Below are positions 28,000 through 36,772 of a stretch of 64,000 nt of DNA, one piece after another. The position numbers and the translations under genes are program-made. The stretch's first letter is position 1, and each line of letters opens with the position of its first letter. Source of the stretch: Candidatus Eiseniibacteriota bacterium (GTDB lineage Bacteria; Orphanbacterota; Orphanbacteria; Orphanbacterales; Orphanbacteraceae). Location of the stretch: the NCBI GenBank assembly GCA_043809585.1, contig JBDROZ010000041.1:1-64000 (forward strand), in the 5' to 3' direction. The notes under the pieces are model-generated. The model was not told where the DNA came from, did not search any database, and saw only the letters and a list, made by a program, of their open reading frames with translations.

Positions 28000-29106
28000 C
28001 TAGCCTGGATTGGGACCGTCGAACAGGTCCTTCACATGGCACTTGTTGCAGAGGGAACGCTGGTTCGCCGAACCGTAGGGATCGGGGATCGGATAGGAGC
28101 CGGACTCGGCACCGTCGTCCTCGAGAAAGGTGACCTGGAAGTCCCAGCGGCCGGCGTCGGCCGCGGAGCTCGCGTGGGCCCGGTGGCAGGTGAGGCACAT
28201 GACCCGGGACTCGGCGCCCGGGCCCTCGGACGAGTAGATCGTCACGTCGGCGTCCTCGAAGGGGACGAGGGGCAGGTACGAGACGGTCGCCCCCCCGCCG
28301 AGGGGATCGTCCGTTCCGTCGTATCCATTATATGCGTCGGCCATCGCCTGACCGATGGCGACCCCCGAGGGGTGGACGAAGTCCGTCTCGTTCTGGTGGT
28401 ATTCCTCGTGGCAGTTCGCGCACCAGGCGCTCGTGCCTCCGCGGTACGCCGTGTGCCGGCCCGCCCTCTCCCGCCCGTGATAGATGGAGAGCCCTTCGGC
28501 GTCCGGGGCGGGATTCGAGAACGTGTAGAGACCGTCCTGCACCTCCCGGCCCGCTCCGTAGAGCATGCGGAAGTCCGGGTTCCCGTGGGGATCGTGGCAG
28601 CTCGTGCACGCAAGAAGGTCGGAAGGGAATGTCCCTCCCGGCGCGGTCGAGAGCACGGGATCCGCCGCGACACCCCGATCGGGGGAGATCACGTTGTGTC
28701 CCGCCCCACGACCGGGGACGGGGTTGGCGCTCCCGCCGTGACCATCGTTCACGTTGTCTTCGAGGAGGAACACGAAGTTCCCCGCACCGATCTCGTACGG
28801 AGGATTCAGGGGATCGGAACCGAAGACGTTGCCCACGTACCCGGCGTGGCAGTTCAAGCAGACGTCGGTGGAGTTCGACCGACTGAGGAGCCAGGGATTC
28901 CCCGAGGGGCTGTCGGGGTCGACCGGGGCGCCGTCCTGACTGTTGTGCATGGTGTGGCAGACATCGCAGCGGGCCACCCCACCCCGGTGGATCCCCTTGG
29001 GGATTCCGCCGTGGATGTCGTGACAGTAGTAACAGGACGCCCCGTAGGCGGGAAGGAACGCGCCGGCGAAAAACAAGATGAAAACCGCGATGAAAGAGAG
29101 CCTCAC
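28000..29106 (-). CDS. Secreted hepta-heme c-type cytochrome, OmcS-like
   Basis: Seven CxxCH motifs (CYYCH, CDVCH, CLNCH, CTSCH, CANCH, CLTCH, CNKCH); signal peptide; GTG start 8 nt after AGGAGG. Confidence 0.9.
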   Translation of the reverse strand: MRLSFIAVFILFFAGAFLPAYGASCYYCHDIHGGIPKGIHRGGVARCDVCHTMHNSQDGAPVDPDSPSGNPWLLSRSNSTDVCLNCHAGYVGNVFGSDPLNPPYEIGAGNFVFLLEDNVNDGHGGSANPVPGRGAGHNVISPDRGVAADPVLSTAPGGTFPSDLLACTSCHDPHGNPDFRMLYGAGREVQDGLYTFSNPAPDAEGLSIYHGRERAGRHTAYRGGTSAWCANCHEEYHQNETDFVHPSGVAIGQAMADAYNGYDGTDDPLGGGATVSYLPLVPFEDADVTIYSSEGPGAESRVMCLTCHRAHASSAADAGRWDFQVTFLEDDGAESGSYPIPDPYGSANQRSLCNKCHVKDLFDGPNPG

Positions 29107-29340
29107 GTGCCTTGCCTCCTGCGATCGTCCCTCCCGACCGGGGCGACAGGATTCCGCCGCGGCCTCGAACGGGGACAAGTCCACTCGTCCGGTTCTCGAG
29201 AAAGGACCATGGGGGCCGTGGTCTCCCGCTCCTTCGATAAGAAACCGCAATCCACGACCCCCGATTGCATGTGATTCTCTCATAGATGGCCGTGTCATTG
29301 CAACCCTAAACTACACCCTTAGCTCCTACCCGATAAGAAC

Positions 29341-29354
29341 TTGACTGATATCAA
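29341..29354. promoter_or_regulatory. FNR/CRP-family-like binding box
   Basis: TTGAC-TGAT-ATCAA, one mismatch to TTGAT-N4-ATCAA, in an AT-rich patch upstream of the cytochrome. Confidence 0.5.
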
Positions 29355-29428
29355 CCACTAAAGTTAACGAACATCAATCCAGGTGGGCTACGGAGGGCGC
29401 GGGAGGAGCAAGGAGGTCCAGGGACTCC

Positions 29429-30238
29429 CTACGGTCCCCGGGGAACGTGGAGCTTGACGTAGGCGAGGGATCCGTTCTCACGGCCCTCTTCGAACCGGTA
29501 GTGAAACCCGATCGAGGCGGTGTCGAAGATGATCTCGATGCCGAGCCCCTGGTTCCCGTCCGTGTCCGCCCTCCCCCGGAGGGCGAGATAAGTCGTGGGG
29601 AAGAACTCCACCCCCCCGACGGGAATCATCTCCTCGTAGTCGTCCCCCCGGAAATGGCGGGCCTGGGCGAAGAGAGTGAGTCTGCGCGGGACCAGGAAGC
29701 CCCGGACTCCCGCCTCGTAGAATCGGCCGAGCTCCTTGGGTCCGAGCTCGGTCCGGAGCAGGTTTCGCCCTGTCGCCGACACTTCGATCCGGGGATGGGG
29801 GCGTCCGGCGATGCCGATGTCCCAAGAAGTGAGATCGTCCAGATCGCCGTCGTCGGAGGAGTACCAAGAATAGGAGAGACCCACCGCCCATCCCCGGGTG
29901 AAGAGTCGTCCGAGGGCGACGACGTAGCGCCTCGTCTCCCGGTCCTCGAGAACGTGGAAGCTCTCGGTGGCGAATCCGAACCCCCGGGAGCGGACGCAGA
30001 GGAGATTGTCGCCGTCCAGGATCCCTTCCGAGCTGAGCTGGCCGTAGAGCAGTTCCGGGCGCTCCACGAGACCGAGCCATCCCGGCGCGGTCAGCACGGC
30101 GGTTGAGAACCGGTTCCCCGCCCAGGGCACGGGATCGAACCGGGAGGCGGCGCCGACGAGCACTTCCTCGTCCCGTCCCTCCCCAGGGACGGCGTGGGCG
30201 ACAAACAGGAAAAAGAGAAGCGAAAGGGCCCGTCTCAT
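29429..30238 (-). CDS. Putative outer-membrane beta-barrel protein
   Basis: Signal peptide; alternating Gly/aromatic amphipathic strands (WAVGLSYSW, WDIGIAGRP, GGVEFFP, IGFHYRF). Confidence 0.6.
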   Translation of the reverse strand: MRRALSLLFFLFVAHAVPGEGRDEEVLVGAASRFDPVPWAGNRFSTAVLTAPGWLGLVERPELLYGQLSSEGILDGDNLLCVRSRGFGFATESFHVLEDRETRRYVVALGRLFTRGWAVGLSYSWYSSDDGDLDDLTSWDIGIAGRPHPRIEVSATGRNLLRTELGPKELGRFYEAGVRGFLVPRRLTLFAQARHFRGDDYEEMIPVGGVEFFPTTYLALRGRADTDGNQGLGIEIIFDTASIGFHYRFEEGRENGSLAYVKLHVPRGP

Positions 30239-30371
30239 TCTATCATCCTCGTGGGGTCTTGCTCGCCCGCGGCCGGATCTCCGGCCCGTTCGTCATCTAT
30301 ATTTCATGAGAAGGCCCTTGTCACCAACGAAAGCCGAACCGCTCCGGCTTCTCCGGGAAAGGGAAGATCCC

Positions 30372-31418
30372 GTGCGCGCCGTGCTGATGGACGGAAGAGG
30401 GGGCGTGACCCTCGGCGAAATCCCGAAGCCCCGGGTTCCGAAGGGGGGCGCGCTGATCCGGGTGACCGCCGTCGGCATCTGCGGCTCCGACACCCACAAG
30501 TTCGGCCGCGCCCCCCGGGGAACGATCCTCGGGCACGAGGTGGCCGGCGTCGTGGAGAGGCTCGGTCGCGGCGCCCGGGGATTCCGGGTGGGGGAGCGGA
30601 TCGTCGTCGCCCACCACGTCCCGTGCGGGCGATGCCCCTACTGCCGGGCGGACAATCACTCCCAGTGCGCCCTCTTCCGCACCACCAACCTCCGGCCGGG
30701 GGGATGGGCGGAGTTCGTGGCGGTGTCGGACATGCACCTCCGCCACGCCGCGTTCTCCCTTCCCGCCGCTCTGGACGAGGGGACGGCGAGTCTCACCGAG
30801 CCACTCGCCTGCTGCGTCCGCGCCGTCCGCCGATCCGGAATCCGGAAAGGGGACGAAGTGGTGGTCGTCGGCCTCGGCCCGGTGGGTCTCATGCTCGCCG
30901 CCCTCTACCGGCGCGAAGGGGCGCGGGTCCACACCTTCGACCGGGTCGCCGCAAGGGCGGTCCTCGCGAGGAAATGGGCGGGCGCCTCCCCCCTCCCCCC
31001 GGGCGGGGCGCGAGCGGCCGCCGCCCTCCGGCGCCGCACCGGGGCGCGGGGGGCGGATCAAGCGGTGCTCTCCGCCGGCGCCGCCTCCACCTTTCCCCTC
31101 GCCCTCGAAATGGTCCGGCGGGGGGGGACGGTGCACCTCTTCTCCGGTCCCGACGAAGGGACCTCGGTTGACGTCGACCTCAATCTGATCTATAAGAGAG
31201 AGGTGCGGGTCCTCGCGACGTACTCGTCCTCCCCGGCCGACCTGAGAGAGTCGTTCCGGCTGATCCGAGAGGGTGTCCTGCCTGTGGCCGGGCTCATCAC
31301 CCACCGTCTTCCCCTCTCCCGCATCGAGGAAGGGCTCCGCCTCATCCGATCCGGGAAAGCCCTGAAGGTGATCCTGGAACCGGGAGGCCGGCCGGACCGG
31401 CAAGGAGATTCCCCGTGA
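30372..31418 (+). CDS. Zinc-dependent alcohol/polyol dehydrogenase (MDR family)
   Basis: CGSD, GHE, CGRCPYC..C, EPLAC, GLGPVG. Confidence 0.9.
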   Translation: MRAVLMDGRGGVTLGEIPKPRVPKGGALIRVTAVGICGSDTHKFGRAPRGTILGHEVAGVVERLGRGARGFRVGERIVVAHHVPCGRCPYCRADNHSQCALFRTTNLRPGGWAEFVAVSDMHLRHAAFSLPAALDEGTASLTEPLACCVRAVRRSGIRKGDEVVVVGLGPVGLMLAALYRREGARVHTFDRVAARAVLARKWAGASPLPPGGARAAAALRRRTGARGADQAVLSAGAASTFPLALEMVRRGGTVHLFSGPDEGTSVDVDLNLIYKREVRVLATYSSSPADLRESFRLIREGVLPVAGLITHRLPLSRIEEGLRLIRSGKALKVILEPGGRPDRQGDSP

Positions 31419-32449
31419 ACCGCATGACATCGGCCCTCTTCTACGGATCCCGGGAGTTGAAGCTCGAGCGCGTCCCCGTGCCCCGCCCCGCCCGGGGGGA
31501 GGTCCTCGTCCGGGTCGAGCAGGCGCTCACCTGCGCCACCGATCTCAAGACCTACATCCGGGGGTCCCACAAGATGATCCCCGAACTCCCCTCCCCCTTC
31601 GGTCACGAATTCGCCGGCGTGGTGACCGAGATCGGCGAGGGGGTGACCGGAGTGGAGCCCGGCGCCGCGATGGCGGTGGCGAACTCGGCCCCCTGCAACG
31701 AGTGCTATTTCTGCCGGCTCGAGCGGCACAACCTGTGCGACAACCTCCGCTTCCTGAACGGCGCCTACTCGGAGTACATCATCGTCCCCGAGGCGATCGT
31801 GAAGCAGAACATGTACGGCATTCCCGACGGCGTCCCCTTCGAGCGCATGGCGCTCCTCGAGCCCCTCGCCTGCGTCGTCCACGGAGTGGAGCGGACCGGC
31901 TTCCGCATGGACCACATCGCGGCGGTCATCGGCGCCGGGCCGATCGGCCTCATGTTCGTCCGTCTCATCAAGATGACCGGCGCCGAGGTGATCGTTCTCG
32001 GCCGCACGCCCTGGAAGCTCGAGGCGGCCCGCCGGCTCGGCGCGGACCACGTGATCAACGTGACCGAGGAGCGGGACGTGGAGGGGACGGTGAAGGACCT
32101 CTCCCACGGGCGGGGCGTCGACGTGGTGATCGAAGCGGTCGGTTTCCCGGAGATCTGGGAGCGGGCGATCAACATCACGAGGCGCGGGGGGAAGGTGAAC
32201 CTCTTCGGCGGCTGCGAGAAGGGGACGGAGGTCAAGATCGACACCCACGCCCTCCACTACGAAGAGAAACGGATCATCTCGGTCTTCCACCACACGCCGC
32301 GGTACGTCAAGATGGCGTTCGACCTCCTGGTGCGGGGGGAGTTGGACGAGCGGATCCTGATCACCGAACAGCGGCCCCTCGCCGAGCTCGCCCTGGCCTT
32401 CGAGAAGATGGAGCGCCGGGAGGCTCTGAAGATCGCCATCCGGCCGTGA
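31415..32449 (+). CDS. Zinc-dependent alcohol/polyol dehydrogenase (MDR family), second copy
   Basis: CATD, GHE, CNECYFC..C, EPLAC, GAGPIG. Confidence 0.92.
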   Translation: MNRMTSALFYGSRELKLERVPVPRPARGEVLVRVEQALTCATDLKTYIRGSHKMIPELPSPFGHEFAGVVTEIGEGVTGVEPGAAMAVANSAPCNECYFCRLERHNLCDNLRFLNGAYSEYIIVPEAIVKQNMYGIPDGVPFERMALLEPLACVVHGVERTGFRMDHIAAVIGAGPIGLMFVRLIKMTGAEVIVLGRTPWKLEAARRLGADHVINVTEERDVEGTVKDLSHGRGVDVVIEAVGFPEIWERAINITRRGGKVNLFGGCEKGTEVKIDTHALHYEEKRIISVFHHTPRYVKMAFDLLVRGELDERILITEQRPLAELALAFEKMERREALKIAIRP

Positions 32450-34185
32450 ACGAACTCGCCCGTCTCCGGCCCTACCTCCGCCGCTACCGGAAAAGCTACG
32501 TCGTCGGCTTCGTCCACGTCTTCCTGACGAACGTCTTCACCCTGGTCGCGCCCCTGATTCTCAAGCAGGCGGTGGACGAACTCCGGGCGGGGAAGCTCCA
32601 GCACTCCCTCGCCGCCTACGCGGGCGCCGTCGTCGGACTCTCCCTTCTCCAGGGGGTTTTCCGCTACTACATGCGGAGGATCATGATCGGCGCCTCCCGG
32701 GAGATCGAGTACGACCTCCGAAGCGACCTGTTCGACCACCTCCAGCGCCTCCCCCTCTCCTTCTACGACCGGAACCGGATCGGCGACCTGATGGCCCGGT
32801 CCACGAACGATCTGAACGCGGTGCGCATGTTCCTCGGCCCCGCGATCATGTATCTGGCGAACACGTTCCTCACGTTCACCATGGGCCTCGCCATGATGAT
32901 CACCATCGACGGGAAGCTCACGCTGCTCGCCCTCCTCCCCTTCCCGCTCCTCTCGGTCGTCGTGAACCGCCTCGGCAAGGCGATGCACGTCCGGTTCGAC
33001 CGGATCCAGGCGCAGTACTCGGACGTCACGACCCACGTGCAGGAAAACCTCTCGGGCATCCGGGTGGTGAAGGCCTTCGCACGGGAGGCGGACGAGGTGC
33101 GCCGCTTCCGGACCCTGAACCTGGAGTTCATCAAGAGGAACATGGACCTGGTCAAGGTGTGGGGGCTCTTCTTCCCGGTCATGACCCTCCTGACCGGCGG
33201 CGCCCTCCTCATCGTCATCTGGGTCGGCGGCCTCCGGGTGGTCCGCGGGGAGATGACCCTGGGCGGGTTCGTCGCCTTCATGAGCTATCTCGCCATGCTC
33301 ACCTGGCCCGCCATCGCCCTCGGCTGGGTCTTGAACCTGATCCAGCGGGCCGCCGCGTCGGCGGCGCGCATCGGGAAGATCCTCGACGAAGAGCCCGCCG
33401 TGACCGGACCGGCCTCCTCGGGGGACGAGGGCCCGGTGCATGGCGCCCTCGCATTCCGGGGGGTCGCCTTCGGCGCCGGCGGGACGTCGATTCTCGAAGA
33501 CATCGACCTCGAGGTGAAGGAGGGGGAGACCCTCGCCGTGGTCGGGCCGATCGGCTCGGGAAAGACGAGCCTGGTCCGGCTGATCCCGCGCCTCCACGAT
33601 CCGACGAAGGGGGAGGTGACCCTCGACGGCACACCCCTCCCCGGGATTCCCCTCCGCCGTCTCCGGGGGGCCATCGGCTACGTCCCCCAGGACACGTTCC
33701 TCTTCTCCCTCACCGTGGAGGAGAACGTCCGCTTCGGCGTTCCCGATCTCTCGGACGACGATCTCCACGCCGTCTGCGGGCTCGCGCGGGTGGCGGAGGA
33801 CGTGGAGCAGTTCCCGAAGGGATACGGTACCCGCGTCGGCGAGCGGGGCGTCCTCCTCTCGGGGGGACAGAAGCAGCGCTTCGCCCTTGCCCGGGCCCTC
33901 GCCCGGGACCCGCGCATTCTCGTCCTCGACGACGCCCTCTCCGCGGTCGACCTCGGCACGGAGGAGGAGATCCTGAAAGGGCTCCGCCGATTCCGGAAGG
34001 GGCGGACCACGGTGATCGTCTCCCACCGGCTCTCGGCGGTCAGGGACGCGGACCGGATCGTCGTCCTCGACGGGGGGCGGATCGCCGAGCAGGGAACCCA
34101 CGAGGAACTCGTCCGGGCGGGCGGAGTCTACGCGCGGATCCACGAGAGGCAGCAGCTCCGGCGGCGCCTCGAGGAGATCGAATGA
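32446..34185 (+). CDS. ABC exporter half-transporter (TMD+NBD), degenerate Walker B
   Basis: TM domain; GPIGSGKT, LSGGQKQR, LVLDDALS. GTGA overlap with the upstream gene. Confidence 0.93.
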   Translation: MNELARLRPYLRRYRKSYVVGFVHVFLTNVFTLVAPLILKQAVDELRAGKLQHSLAAYAGAVVGLSLLQGVFRYYMRRIMIGASREIEYDLRSDLFDHLQRLPLSFYDRNRIGDLMARSTNDLNAVRMFLGPAIMYLANTFLTFTMGLAMMITIDGKLTLLALLPFPLLSVVVNRLGKAMHVRFDRIQAQYSDVTTHVQENLSGIRVVKAFAREADEVRRFRTLNLEFIKRNMDLVKVWGLFFPVMTLLTGGALLIVIWVGGLRVVRGEMTLGGFVAFMSYLAMLTWPAIALGWVLNLIQRAAASAARIGKILDEEPAVTGPASSGDEGPVHGALAFRGVAFGAGGTSILEDIDLEVKEGETLAVVGPIGSGKTSLVRLIPRLHDPTKGEVTLDGTPLPGIPLRRLRGAIGYVPQDTFLFSLTVEENVRFGVPDLSDDDLHAVCGLARVAEDVEQFPKGYGTRVGERGVLLSGGQKQRFALARALARDPRILVLDDALSAVDLGTEEEILKGLRRFRKGRTTVIVSHRLSAVRDADRIVVLDGGRIAEQGTHEELVRAGGVYARIHERQQLRRRLEEIE

Positions 34186-35999
34186 GCCACCTCGACCCGG
34201 TCATCCCCGACGAGGAAGTGGTTCAGAAGAAGGTCGACTGGGACCTCTTCCGCCGGCTCCTCCGCTACCTCCGGCCGTACCGGGGGCAGGTCGCTTTCTC
34301 GGTGGCGCTTCTCATCGTGCTCTCGGGGCTCGCCATTCTCGGGCCGTACATCACCAAGGTCGCCATCGACCGGGCGATCGCCGCCGAGGGCGTGCCGCTG
34401 GCGGAGCGCTACTCCGTGCTCGCCCGCATGGGGATCCTCTTCCTCGTGGTGCTCGTCCTGGAGTTCTCGATCCGGTACGTGCAGGTCTACATCACCCAGC
34501 TGATCGGGCAGAAGGTGATGTACGACCTCCGCATGGAGATTTTCTCCCACCTGCAGGGGATGTCGCTCGGGTACTTCTCGAAGAACCCCGTGGGGCGGCT
34601 CATCACGCGGGTCACCTCGGACGTGGAGGTGCTGAACGAACTCTTCACCTCCGGCGTGGTGCAGATCTTCGGCGACGTCTTCCTCCTCGGCGGCATCATC
34701 ACGGCCATGCTCCTCCTCGACGTCCGGCTCGCCCTTACCCTCTTCTCGGTGCTTCCCGTGCTCTTCCTCGCCTCCGCCCTCTTCCGGGCCAAGGTGCGGG
34801 ACGCCTTCCGGGACGTGCGAACCCGCATCGCGAAGGTGAACGCCTACCTGCAGGAGAGCCTGACGGGGATGAAGGTGATCCAGCTCTTCGGCGGCGAGGC
34901 GAGAAGCTTCCGCCGCTTCGACGGCCTGAACGCGGAGCACCGGGACGCCCACCTCCGGACGGTCTTCTACTTCGCCGTCTTCTTCCCCGTGGTGGAGGTG
35001 ATCGGCGCGGTGGCGGTGGCGCTCCTCATATGGAAGGGCGGATCGGAGGTGCTCGAGGGGGCGGTCACCTTCGGCGCCCTCGCCGCGTTCCTCCAGTACA
35101 CCAGCCAGTTCTTCCGCCCCATCCGGGACCTGTCGGAGAAGTACAACATCCTCCAGGCGGCCATGGCCTCGTCCGAGAGGATCTTCGACCTCCTCGACAC
35201 CCCCCCGGAGATCGCCACCCCCGCCGCGCCCCGCGCCCCCGGGCGGCTCTCCCGGGCGATCCGCCTCGAGAACGTCTCCTTCGCCTACAACGAGGGGGAG
35301 TGGGTGCTCCGGAACATCGACCTGGAGGTGAAGAAGGGGGAGCGGGTCGCCCTCGTCGGCGCGACGGGGTCGGGGAAGAGCACCCTCGTCACGCTTCTCG
35401 GCCGCTTCTACGACGTCACGGAAGGGCGGATCACCTTCGACGGCGTCGACCTCCGGGAGATGGACCCCGCCGACCTCCGCCGCAGGATCGGGACGGTCCT
35501 CCAGGACGTCTTCCTCTTCAGCGGCACCGTGGACCGGAACATCCGGCTCGGGGACGAGTCGATCCCGGCCGCGCGGATGGTGGCGGCCGCCAAGATCGCC
35601 AACGCCGACACCTTCATCGGCCGGATGAAGAAGGGCTACGACACCGTTCTTCAAGAGAGGGGCGCCGGGCTCTCGGCGGGAGAGAAGCAGCTCCTCGCCT
35701 TCTCCCGGGCCCTCGCGGCGGACCCGGAGATCTTCATCCTCGACGAGGCGACGTCGAACATCGACAGCGAGACGGAGGGCCTCATCCAGGAAGCCCTCGA
35801 GCGGATCCTCGCCGAGCGGACTTCCATCGTCATCGCCCACCGGCTCTCGACGATCCGAAACGTCGACCGGATCGTCGTCCTCCACCACGGCCGGATCCGG
35901 GAGGAGGGGACTCACGAGGAACTCGTCGCTAAGGGCGGTCTTTACAGGACTTTATACGACCTGGAGTACCGGAACGGAAGTCCGGGGGGGGCGAACTGA
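34182..35999 (+). CDS. ABC exporter half-transporter (TMD+NBD), heterodimer partner
   Basis: GATGSGKS, LSAGEKQ, FILDEATS, IAHRLS. ATGA overlap. Confidence 0.93.
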   Translation: MSHLDPVIPDEEVVQKKVDWDLFRRLLRYLRPYRGQVAFSVALLIVLSGLAILGPYITKVAIDRAIAAEGVPLAERYSVLARMGILFLVVLVLEFSIRYVQVYITQLIGQKVMYDLRMEIFSHLQGMSLGYFSKNPVGRLITRVTSDVEVLNELFTSGVVQIFGDVFLLGGIITAMLLLDVRLALTLFSVLPVLFLASALFRAKVRDAFRDVRTRIAKVNAYLQESLTGMKVIQLFGGEARSFRRFDGLNAEHRDAHLRTVFYFAVFFPVVEVIGAVAVALLIWKGGSEVLEGAVTFGALAAFLQYTSQFFRPIRDLSEKYNILQAAMASSERIFDLLDTPPEIATPAAPRAPGRLSRAIRLENVSFAYNEGEWVLRNIDLEVKKGERVALVGATGSGKSTLVTLLGRFYDVTEGRITFDGVDLREMDPADLRRRIGTVLQDVFLFSGTVDRNIRLGDESIPAARMVAAAKIANADTFIGRMKKGYDTVLQERGAGLSAGEKQLLAFSRALAADPEIFILDEATSNIDSETEGLIQEALERILAERTSIVIAHRLSTIRNVDRIVVLHHGRIREEGTHEELVAKGGLYRTLYDLEYRNGSPGGAN

Positions 36000-36122
36000 C
36001 CCCGGAGGCACCCCCAAGAAAAACCTTGCGTCATCTTCCGGGAACTGCTTAACTTATCAGTCTGTGATCGGGAATTTCGACCGTTCCGCCCCGCGGGGGC
36101 GATTTCGCGAGGAGACTTGACC

Positions 36123-36317
36123 ATGGCCCGTCGTTGCGACATCTGCGGAAAAGGCGTCCAGTTCGGCCACAACGTGAGCCACGCCCACAACACCACCAAC
36201 CGGCGCTGGCTCCCCAATCTCCAGAGGGTCCGGGTCGTCGAGAAGGGCGTCATCCGCCACCGGAACGTCTGCACCCGCTGCATCCGGGGGGGCAAGGTCC
36301 AGAAAGTCGCCCGGTAA
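36123..36317 (+). CDS. rpmB: 50S ribosomal protein L28 (zinc-ribbon form)
   Basis: [28 protein letters not shown]. Confidence 0.96.
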   Translation: MARRCDICGKGVQFGHNVSHAHNTTNRRWLPNLQRVRVVEKGVIRHRNVCTRCIRGGKVQKVAR

Positions 36318-36340
36318 CCTCGACAGACATCGAAGAGACG

Positions 36341-36373
36341 ACGGGCGGGCTGTGAAAGGCCCGCCCGTTTTTT
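36341..36373 (+). terminator. Intrinsic terminator of rpmB
   Basis: 10-bp stem ACGGGCGGGC/GCCCGCCCGT followed by a T-run. Confidence 0.9.
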
Positions 36374-36406
36374 CACGCCCTGTCCTATGATACTGATCGG
36401 CCGTCC

Positions 36407-36580
36407 ATGTACGGGATGGGCGAATCGGGCACCCCCGTCGGCGGACCGATCGCCCTCGACCATAAGAACGGGAAGGCGTACGTGGCGAACCTCTCGAGCG
36501 ACGACGTGACGGTCGACGTCTCCCACGTCGCGGGGCGGGGCGTGGGGCCGGCCGAGGGAGGGATGAGGGGGCGGACTTGA
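36407..36580 (+). pseudogene. 57-codon ORF carrying one YVTN-type beta-propeller blade (probable remnant)
   Basis: Manual translation: ..GPIALDHKNGKAYVANLSSDDVTVD.. Confidence 0.4.
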
Positions 36581-36772
36581 ACGCTCGTCGCGCGGCGGGA
36601 GAGAACCCTCCCCTTCTCCGGGCTCGTAGAAGGGGCGTCGCGAAGAACGGTGACAGCTCCCCGGTCATGCCCCCCTCCCTCCCGAGGCCGGACACCCGCC
36701 CCGCCGCCAACGCGGATACGGCACACGAAGATCATCATTCCAGGGTGCAGAAGGGGAGTCCGAGGAGAATAG

